From assembly GCA_041181065.1 (NCBI GenBank), contig JBEGQI010000140.1:1-18744 (forward strand): a DNA stretch of 18,744 nucleotides, given 5' to 3'. The notes under the pieces are model-generated. The model did not search any database and was not told the origin of the DNA. It was given only the letters and a program-made list of their open reading frames with translations. Below, piece after piece: positions 1 to 6,730 of this stretch; within the stretch, counting starts at the first letter, position 1; every line of letters starts with the position of its first letter. Made by a program: the position numbers and the translations under genes. Source of the stretch: Verrucomicrobiota bacterium. Lineage in GTDB: Bacteria > Verrucomicrobiota > Verrucomicrobiia > Limisphaerales > DSYF01.

Positions 1-115
1 CGGACATTTTCTAAGCTTGCCTCGTGCTTCGCCAAAGGGCCCGGTAGTTCCGCATGGTTCGCGGAGCGGTCCGTTGGATGGCGCCGGTCGCAAGGCCGCT
101 GAAAGAGTTGTGTTC

Positions 116-925
116 ATGAAATTGAAAATGTGTCTGGTCGCGGGGATGGTTGCTGCCGGTCTTTTGCCGGCGTTCGCCACGGATCGTTTGTTCACCTACG
201 TGTATGAGCCGGAGACGCTGCCCCAGGGCGCGATGGAGTTCGAACAGTGGGTGACGTGGGCGGGTGGTCGCACGGCGGCGGTGGGTGAGGATAAATACAG
301 CCGCTGGGATTTGCGCGAGGAACTCGAATATGGCGTGACGGATAATTACACGGTGTCGCTCTACCTGAACACGAAGTCGGAGAGTTACGTGGATTCGGCG
401 GATGTGCAGCAGTCGAAGTTCAGCTTCGAGGGGATTTCGTTGGAAAACAAATTCCTCGTATTGAATCCCGCAGAACATGCCGTGGGGCTTTCGCTTTATC
501 TGGAGCCGACGTTCTCCGGCACGGAAGCCGAGCTGGAGCAGAAGATCATCCTCGGCCAGCGCCACGGCGATTGGAAGTGGGCGTTGAACCTGAGTCACGC
601 GACGGAGTGGGAGGAGAATTTCGAGGAGACAGTCGGTGAGTTCGAGGTGTCGCTCGGCATCGCGCATCAGTTCAACTCGCGCTGGTCGCTGGGCCTTGAA
701 GCCCGTGTGAAGAGCGAGATCGTGGAGTATCAACATCCCGAGAACACGGTCATCAACGTCGGGCCGACGCTGAGTTATCACACGGAGAAGTGGTGGGCGG
801 CGTTGACCGTCATGCCGCAGGTGCGCGGCTGGAATCCGGATGGTGACGCCGACAATAATCGCAACCTCGACCTCGAACACAACGAACGTGTGCAGGTCCG
901 GTTGCTGATCGGAATCGATCTGTGA
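116..925 (+). CDS. Putative outer-membrane beta-barrel protein of unknown function. The track ORF starts at 17, but the first Met followed by a signal peptide (MKLKMCLVAGMVAAGLLPAFA) is at 116.
   Basis: There is a classic Sec signal peptide at the internal Met (ATG 116-118). The mature region has alternating hydrophobic and polar stretches with many Y/W/E/T residues, consistent with beta-strands. A GAAAGAG motif lies upstream of 116. The stop codon overlaps the next gene's start (GTGA). No family assignment is possible by eye. Confidence 0.5.
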   Translation: MKLKMCLVAGMVAAGLLPAFATDRLFTYVYEPETLPQGAMEFEQWVTWAGGRTAAVGEDKYSRWDLREELEYGVTDNYTVSLYLNTKSESYVDSADVQQSKFSFEGISLENKFLVLNPAEHAVGLSLYLEPTFSGTEAELEQKIILGQRHGDWKWALNLSHATEWEENFEETVGEFEVSLGIAHQFNSRWSLGLEARVKSEIVEYQHPENTVINVGPTLSYHTEKWWAALTVMPQVRGWNPDGDADNNRNLDLEHNERVQVRLLIGIDL

Positions 926-1209
926 AACGCGTTGCGCCACTGGTTCTGGCGTTCGCGCTGCTCGGCGGCACCCCGTCGCGAGGCGGGGAGCTTTCGCCCG
1001 TTCAGATCAAGGACGCGCGCAAGCTTTACCTCGGCAAATGCGCGAAGTGCCACAAGCTCTACGATCCGGAAAAGTATTCCGACGAGAAGTGGAACGAGTG
1101 GATGGCCAAGATGACCAAAAAGTCGAAACTCAAGCCGGAGGATGCCGCGTTGCTGGTGCAATACATCGAGGCCGGGCGCAAAGGCAAGGTGGCGTTGCCG
1201 AGGAAATAG
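922..1209 (+). CDS. Small periplasmic CXXCH protein, probably a mono-heme c-type cytochrome or haem-binding domain protein.
   Basis: The N-terminal signal peptide is MKRVAPLVLAFALLGG. There is a single CAKCH (CXXCH) motif preceded by LYLGK, as is typical of cytochrome c folds. The GTG start overlaps the upstream stop (gTGa at 922-925), indicating translational coupling. Confidence 0.55.
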   Translation: MKRVAPLVLAFALLGGTPSRGGELSPVQIKDARKLYLGKCAKCHKLYDPEKYSDEKWNEWMAKMTKKSKLKPEDAALLVQYIEAGRKGKVALPRK

Positions 1210-1326
1210 CATGGTGCATGGACTGGGCGGTGAACACTGGCGATGGCGGCGGACCGCGCGGCGGCCTTCCTGATTTCCTGAGTTCCAAATTGCAAGTTTG
1301 GCAACTCGCGTTAAAGGTGTGGCGCG

Positions 1327-2589
1327 ATGATTGTCGAACTCATCAATACCGGCTCCGAGCTGATGCTCGGGCGCACGCTCAACACGCATCAGCAGTGGCT
1401 TTGCCGCAAGCTCGCGGACCTCGGCTACGTCGTCACGCGCCAGATCGCCATTGCCGATGGCGCGCAGGACATCCAGCAAGCCGTGCGCGAATCGCTCGGC
1501 CGCGCGGATTTGATCCTGGTCACCGGCGGCCTCGGCCCCACTTCTGATGACGTCACGCGTCAACTCATCGCGGACCTGCTCGGCAAGCCGTTGCGTGAAG
1601 ACCCCGCCATCGTTGCTGAACTCAAACGCTTTTTCGCCGAACGCAACCGGCCGATGGCCGTGAATAATCTGGTGCAGGCCCAGGTGCCTGAAGGCGCGCT
1701 GGTGCTGCCGAATCCAAACGGAACCGCGCCGGGGCTGGCGATGAAGATCGAAGATAAAAAATGGCGGCCGGAAAATCGGAATGTGCAATGGCTGATCATG
1801 CTGCCCGGTCCGCCACGGGAATTGCGGCCCATGTTCACCGAGACCCTTGCGCCGTTGCTCCTGCGCGAGTTGCCCAAACAGATATTCGTTTGCCGCACTG
1901 TCCGCACCGCAGGGTTGGGCGAATCAGCGTTGGCGGAGGTGATCGATGCGCCGCTGCAACCGCTCATCGCGGCTGGGCTCGAACTAGGTTACTGCGCGCG
2001 GCCCGGTCAGGTGGATGTGCGACTCGCCGCGCGAACGCCGAACGCCGAGAAGGTCGTCAGTGACGCGCAACAGTTGGTGGAAGGATTGTTGGCCAAGCAC
2101 ATCTTCGCCCACGACGACGAGGACATTGAAGCCGTCATCGTCCGTGAACTCACCGCATGCAAGCATACGTTGGCCATCGCGGAGTCTTGCACCGGCGGCT
2201 GCATCGCGCATCGCATCACGAACGTGCCGGGCGCATCGGCGGTGTTGATCGCCGGTCTCGTCACTTACGCGAACGCGGCGAAGCAGAAGTTTGTCGGTGT
2301 GAAGCCAGAGACGCTCGCGGCTCACGGAGCGGTGAGCGAACCTGTCGTCCGCGAAATGGCGGAAGGTGCGCGACATGAAACCGGAGCTGATTACGCAGTT
2401 GCGGTTACTGGCATCGCGGGCCCAAGTGGCGGCACGCTCGAGAAGCCGGTGGGCACGGTGTTCATGGCCGTCAGCAGCGCAGCGGGAACAGTCGCAGTGA
2501 AGCAGTTGAACCGCTTCGATCGTGAGACCTTCAAGGACATCACGACGCAGCAGGTTCTGGGGATGCTGCGCCGCCGCATCGTTGAGTGA
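1327..2589 (+). CDS. cinA: CinA family protein: N-terminal MoCF-biosynthesis (molybdopterin-binding) domain plus C-terminal CinA/PncC nicotinamide-nucleotide amidohydrolase domain.
   Basis: Contains LGRTLNTHQQWL...LILVTGGLGPTSDDVTRQ (MoCF_biosynth motif) and a C-terminal ESCTGGCIAHRITNVPGAS...GIAGPSGGT (CinA domain). The length of 420 aa is typical. Confidence 0.9.
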   Translation: MIVELINTGSELMLGRTLNTHQQWLCRKLADLGYVVTRQIAIADGAQDIQQAVRESLGRADLILVTGGLGPTSDDVTRQLIADLLGKPLREDPAIVAELKRFFAERNRPMAVNNLVQAQVPEGALVLPNPNGTAPGLAMKIEDKKWRPENRNVQWLIMLPGPPRELRPMFTETLAPLLLRELPKQIFVCRTVRTAGLGESALAEVIDAPLQPLIAAGLELGYCARPGQVDVRLAARTPNAEKVVSDAQQLVEGLLAKHIFAHDDEDIEAVIVRELTACKHTLAIAESCTGGCIAHRITNVPGASAVLIAGLVTYANAAKQKFVGVKPETLAAHGAVSEPVVREMAEGARHETGADYAVAVTGIAGPSGGTLEKPVGTVFMAVSSAAGTVAVKQLNRFDRETFKDITTQQVLGMLRRRIVE

Positions 2590-3073
2590 CCTCGGCCACA
2601 AACCGCTTCGGATCGTCCGGCGTGACGACGATCGTGAGCTGGCGCAGTTCGACGACGACCGTATTCTTTGGGTTGGTGCCGTAGGCGCGGTAGGTGCCGA
2701 GCGTCTTGTTGCGAAAGATGCCGAAGAACCCGAACAGCCCGCCGCTGCCGAACAACCGGATGGACCAGCGCATCGCTTCCGGATCCGCGACGACCGACTT
2801 CACGTCAGCGAGCTTGAATCGGTTCTGCCAGCCGAGCCGTTCGATGCGCAGTTCGCCCTCTGTGAGCACGTAGCCGCGCACGATGAAAGGCAGCGTCGCT
2901 GCAAGAATCAGCAACGGCAGGAGCGTCGCGGAAAGGCGCGCGAGCAACGGCGTCGATTCAGGCAAAGTCACGCTGCTCACTACGGGCGCGCCTAACAACA
3001 ATACCAGCACGACCAGCGTGACGATCTTCACCGCCATGCTCCACGGTGCCGCGAATCGGATTTCATTTTTCAT
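2540..3073 (-). CDS. Membrane protein with two N-terminal TM helices and a bacterial PH-like (bPH_2/YdbS-YdbT-like) domain.
   Basis: Hydrophobic segments VKIVTLVVLVLLLGAPVV and LLPLLILAATLPFIV are followed by a GYVLTEGELRIERLGWQNRFKLADVKSV pattern resembling PF03703. The 3' end overlaps cinA by 50 nt in convergent orientation. Confidence 0.5.
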   Translation of the reverse strand: MKNEIRFAAPWSMAVKIVTLVVLVLLLGAPVVSSVTLPESTPLLARLSATLLPLLILAATLPFIVRGYVLTEGELRIERLGWQNRFKLADVKSVVADPEAMRWSIRLFGSGGLFGFFGIFRNKTLGTYRAYGTNPKNTVVVELRQLTIVVTPDDPKRFVAEVTQRCGGAASPEPAAS

Positions 3074-3089
3074 TTTCGTGCTTTGTAAA

Positions 3090-3119
3090 CGCCGGGCGGA
3101 CCTTGCGATCCGCCCGGCG
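3090..3119 (-). terminator. Hairpin (11-bp GC-rich stem CGCCGGGCGGA / TCCGCCCGGCG, 8-nt loop) followed on the minus strand by TTTACAAAG. Candidate intrinsic terminator or attenuator after the SPFH gene.
   Basis: A perfect inverted repeat is read directly from the sequence. The tail on the minus strand is U-rich (UUUACAAAG), though not very strongly. Confidence 0.4.
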
Positions 3120-3129
3120 TGAGTTCACT

Positions 3130-4503
3130 TCAGTTCCTGCCGGTGCCGGGCGCCGGCACTTGGAGCAATAGGTTCGGCCCGCTGCCCGCACCATTGCCCG
3201 CCATCCACCATTGCGGATAGCGACCGTCCCACTTCTCGACGCGCGCCTTCTCGACTTCGAGCTGCTTCAGTTGCAACAGTAGCGGATTGTTCGCCGCTTC
3301 CTGCGCCGCCGCGTTGATCACGTGGATCGCTTCAGCCTCGGCCTTCGCCGCCGTCATGCGCGAGTCGGCGATGCCTTGTGCCTCCCGGCGCGCTTTCTCC
3401 GCCGTGGCGTTGGCTTCGAGTTCGATGCGCTCGTTCTCCTTCTTCTGCGCTTCGAACTTCGCCTCGCTCACCACTTTCAACTGCTGCGCGATGAACGTTT
3501 GGTCGATCGAGCGTTGGATCTCGGGATTTTCATACGTCATCCCGCCGAACATGCCCACCGTCGTCACCGTGATGCCGCGCGTAGCGAAGAAACTGGTGAC
3601 ATCCTTTTTCACCGCGTCACTGATTTCCTGCTTCTTCGAGCGCAACGTGTCCAACGGATACTTTGCGGCCACCTCGGCGGCGACCTGCTGGATGCGCCCG
3701 CGGATCTCCCGGTCCATCACCTCGGTCAGCGAGCCGCTCGGATACCAATACAGGAACTTCGCGGCGTCTTCCTCGCTGATGAACGCGGTGCAGTTGAAGC
3801 CCATGCTGAATCCCACGCTGTCCGCGCTTTCGATCCAGATTGCCTTGTCGGATTGCGCCGGGCGCCGGCTGCCCACGCCGTGCGCGTCCTCGGTGCTCAT
3901 CCACTCACGGGTGATGGGCGAGCGGTTCACTTTCACGAGCCGCACCGTTGGGATCCACCGGCCGTCATTCGAGATGCGGCCTTCCTGCGACCAGCGATGC
4001 AGGATCTGCACCCGCTTCGCCGCGACCTTGCGTTGCTTCAGGTAATCTTCGCTCTGGAACTTCGCCTGTTGCGTGCCGTCGCCCTCGAGCGGGATCAGGA
4101 AACCTGTCTCGCTCGTGTCGATCTCGACATACTCCGGCTTGTCATACGCCTTCATGCAACCGCTGAGCAACGCAGGCAACAACGCGAGCGCAAACAGCGC
4201 CGTCGCCTTGCCGAACCACTTGCCCAGCTGCGCGCCCAGGTGCGATTCGCGCACATGCTGCCCCAGCTTTCGCGCGAGCGGCCCGAGCAGGAACACCGCC
4301 GCGAGCAATGTCACCACGCCCGTGGCGAGATGCACGTTGTCCTTGAGCGCTTGGAACGCACGCAGTTGATGCGCCGCGGCGTCGCCGTTGAATTGATTGA
4401 TCGCGAGCTTCGCGGACAAGTCCGCCTGCTGCGTGTTCAACCACCAGTTTTCCGTCGTCCAGAGGGACGCGGCCAATACTCCGAACAGGATGATACGTTT
4501 CAT
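3130..4503 (-). CDS. SPFH/band-7 (stomatin/prohibitin/flotillin-like) membrane protein with an N-terminal extension of about 115 aa carrying three hydrophobic segments.
   Basis: The C-terminal two-thirds shows the SPFH core (…ITVTTVGMFGGMTYENPEIQRSIDQTFIAQQ…) followed by a coiled-coil rich in A/E/K/Q (EAQKKENERIELEANATAEKARREAQGIADSR…). A GGAG lies 9 nt upstream of ATG 4503. The third hydrophobic segment ends in a lipobox-like LLSGC. Confidence 0.75.
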   Translation of the reverse strand: MKRIILFGVLAASLWTTENWWLNTQQADLSAKLAINQFNGDAAAHQLRAFQALKDNVHLATGVVTLLAAVFLLGPLARKLGQHVRESHLGAQLGKWFGKATALFALALLPALLSGCMKAYDKPEYVEIDTSETGFLIPLEGDGTQQAKFQSEDYLKQRKVAAKRVQILHRWSQEGRISNDGRWIPTVRLVKVNRSPITREWMSTEDAHGVGSRRPAQSDKAIWIESADSVGFSMGFNCTAFISEEDAAKFLYWYPSGSLTEVMDREIRGRIQQVAAEVAAKYPLDTLRSKKQEISDAVKKDVTSFFATRGITVTTVGMFGGMTYENPEIQRSIDQTFIAQQLKVVSEAKFEAQKKENERIELEANATAEKARREAQGIADSRMTAAKAEAEAIHVINAAAQEAANNPLLLQLKQLEVEKARVEKWDGRYPQWWMAGNGAGSGPNLLLQVPAPGTGRN

Positions 4504-5047
4504 AACCCTGACTCCGATCTGATATGCGCGCGTCCCGGCGCGGCGCGACCCTGACCACGCGGAGCGTGGGCAAAAGCCTTCGCCACGTCGGTGCGCGACG
4601 CGGTTCTTTGACGGGGTGATCAGATGGTGCTCCGACCTGGAGCCCTAGAGGATCGCCCTCCCAATTGCCTACGAGGTTAGCTGACGGGCTTGGTCCTGGA
4701 AGTGACCTTGGGCCGTGTTACCACGACCCGTTCGCCCCGTCCGGAGATCCGCTCCGGAATTTGGTTCCCCCGCGCCGCCCTGCAGGAAGGCAAGGCAGCT
4801 TCGGCTGCAACTTCAGACGCGCGACAATTCGCATGATGCGCCTTCGCTGTCAATGGAATGCAGGCCGCGCGACGCGTAAGTGGATGATGAAGAGGCAAAT
4901 GTTTGGCTGCGCCGTTTATCATGGTTTTGGAGCAAAATGAACATGGCGGCTCGGCGGAGGCGTGGACTAAGTTTGAAGAAATCCTGCGGGAACAAAGTCC
5001 ACCTATCGTGCACCCGTTGGATCAATATTGAACCCCGCAAATTTCGT

Positions 5048-6730
5048 ATGCTAAAGCCATCTGCGCTCGTCGTTGTCATCATCGCCACCAGTTTGACGGT
5101 CTTTGCCCAAGGCTATCCGCAAGTTCCCGCCGATATCATGGAGGCATCTCGCAAGGAACGCGCCGAGGCTGCGAAACTTTCCAACGAAGCTTTTCAACGC
5201 GCCCAGGTTGGGATCGAAGCGTGGGCCAAAAAGGGTAAGCCTTACATCCCCGGCGCCGCCAAGCCGGAAGATTTGCCGCAGGCGAAAATTCCGGCGTTCC
5301 CGGGCGCGTGGGGTGGTGGCATGTATTCGTTCGGTGGTCGCGGCGGCAAAGTCCTCGTGGTTACGAATCTGAACGACAGCGGGCCGGGCAGTTTTCGCGA
5401 GGCCTGTGAACAAGGCGGGCCACGCATCGTGGTCTTCAACGTTGCGGGCATCATTCGACTGAACGCGGTTGTCAGCATCCGCGCGCCTTACATCACCATC
5501 GCAGGCAATACCGCGCCCGGCGACGGCGTTTGCATCGCGGGGAACACCGTTCAGCTCGACACGCATGACGTCGTGGTGCGTCACCTGCGATTTCGCCGCG
5601 GCAAGACGGAGGCTGCCGATCGCGACGATTCGCTCGGCGGCAATCCCATCGGCAATATCATGCTCGATCACCTGTCCACCTCGTGGAGCCTCGACGAGAA
5701 CCTTTCCATGTATCGCCACATGTATCGTCCGCCCGGCGGCGACAAAGACCTCAAGCTCCCGACCGTCAACGTGAGCATCCAGAACTGCATCTCTTCCGAG
5801 TCGCTGAACATCTACCACCACGCGTTCGGTTCGACCATCGGCGGGCTGAACAGCACGTTCCAGCACAATCTCTGGGCGTGTAACACCGGCCGCAATCCGA
5901 GCGTCGGCATGTATGGCGATTTCACGTTCGTGAACAACGTGCTCTTCAATTATCGCCATCGCACCATCGACGGCGGCGATCACATGAGCCTATACAACAT
6001 CATCAACAATTACTTCAAGCCCGGCCCCGGCACGCCCGACGCTGACATCGCCTATCGCTTGCTGAAGCCTGAGTCCGAACGGAGCAAGACGGTGGTGGAT
6101 CATTTCGGCAAGGCTTACGTGAACGGCAACGTCGTCGAAGGCCACGAACGCGTGACGAAGGACAATTGGGCCGGCGGCGTGCAGCCGGACGTGAGGTCGC
6201 ACAAGCTCGAGGAGGTGCTCGCGCAAATCCGCGTGAACGAACCGTTCAAGCATGCGCCGCTGCAGATTTCGTCGGCCACGGAAGCATACGCATACGTGCT
6301 GGCCAATGCCGGTGCTACTTTGCCGCATCGCGATGCCGTGGATGAACGCATCGTGAAGGAAGTGCGAACCGGGGAGATTCCGCCGATGCAAATCGCCAAA
6401 GGTTCGCAGGAGAAGGCCAAGTTCTACGGCTATGCGCAGAAATATACCGATGAACTCGCCGAGCTGGTGAAGAAAGGTTTTGTCACCGACCCGAGCGAAG
6501 TCGGCGGCTGGCCGGACTACAAGGGCACGCCTTACAAGGATTCCGATGGCGACGGTCTCCCGGACGATTGGGAAAAGCAAAACGGTTTGAATCCAAACGA
6601 CTCCAGCGACGCCGTGAAAGACGCGGGCGACGGCTATGCGTTCATCGAGCACTTCATCAACGGCACCGACCCGCGCAAGAAGATCGACTGGGCGGATCTG
6701 AAGAACAACGTGGACAAACGGAATCAATGA
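5048..6730 (+). CDS. Secreted pectate lyase (PL1-like) with a C-terminal Ca-binding DSDGDGLPDDWE / NPNDSSD tail. The track ORF starts at 4880; the real start is probably the Met of MLKPSALVVVIIATSLTVFAQG at 5048.
   Basis: Contains AWGGGMYSFGGRGGKVLVVTNLNDSGPGSFREACEQGGPRIVVFNVAGIIRL and parallel beta-helix repeats (ITIAGNTAPGDGVCIAGN…), as in PL1 pectate lyases. A signal peptide follows the internal Met. The TGA stop overlaps the next gene's ATG (ATGA at 6727-6730). Confidence 0.85.
   Translation: MLKPSALVVVIIATSLTVFAQGYPQVPADIMEASRKERAEAAKLSNEAFQRAQVGIEAWAKKGKPYIPGAAKPEDLPQAKIPAFPGAWGGGMYSFGGRGGKVLVVTNLNDSGPGSFREACEQGGPRIVVFNVAGIIRLNAVVSIRAPYITIAGNTAPGDGVCIAGNTVQLDTHDVVVRHLRFRRGKTEAADRDDSLGGNPIGNIMLDHLSTSWSLDENLSMYRHMYRPPGGDKDLKLPTVNVSIQNCISSESLNIYHHAFGSTIGGLNSTFQHNLWACNTGRNPSVGMYGDFTFVNNVLFNYRHRTIDGGDHMSLYNIINNYFKPGPGTPDADIAYRLLKPESERSKTVVDHFGKAYVNGNVVEGHERVTKDNWAGGVQPDVRSHKLEEVLAQIRVNEPFKHAPLQISSATEAYAYVLANAGATLPHRDAVDERIVKEVRTGEIPPMQIAKGSQEKAKFYGYAQKYTDELAELVKKGFVTDPSEVGGWPDYKGTPYKDSDGDGLPDDWEKQNGLNPNDSSDAVKDAGDGYAFIEHFINGTDPRKKIDWADLKNNVDKRNQ

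Noticed and set aside
11-940. 309-aa ORF on the minus strand
   Set aside because: It is entirely antisense to the signal-peptide-bearing OMP-like gene. The translation is Arg/Leu-rich and low-complexity, typical of GC-driven shadow ORFs.
1289-1320. TTGCAA…TTAAAG promoter-like hexamers upstream of cinA
   Set aside because: The -10 match is weak (3 of 6) and the spacing is 15 nt. This is not enough to call a promoter.
3322-4554. 410-aa plus-strand ORF and a 252-aa plus-strand ORF
   Set aside because: They are antisense to the SPFH gene. Both are Arg/Leu-rich with no domain features.
4780-4830. SRP-RNA-like GGAAGGCAAGGCAGC stretch in the long intergenic gap
   Set aside because: It is only a partial resemblance to the domain IV consensus, without the expected flanking complementary 5' and 3' arms. 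It is kept only as part of the broader 'possible structured RNA' finding.
4665-4940. 91-aa (plus) and 81-aa (minus) ORFs in the intergenic gap
   Set aside because: There is no RBS, no signal or domain features, and the two are mutually overlapping. They are likely non-coding.
5051-5983. 310-aa minus-strand ORF; also the antisense ORFs 7576-8580 and 6724-7428
   Set aside because: They are antisense to the pectate lyase and GH95 genes, whose conserved motifs fix the true strand and frame.
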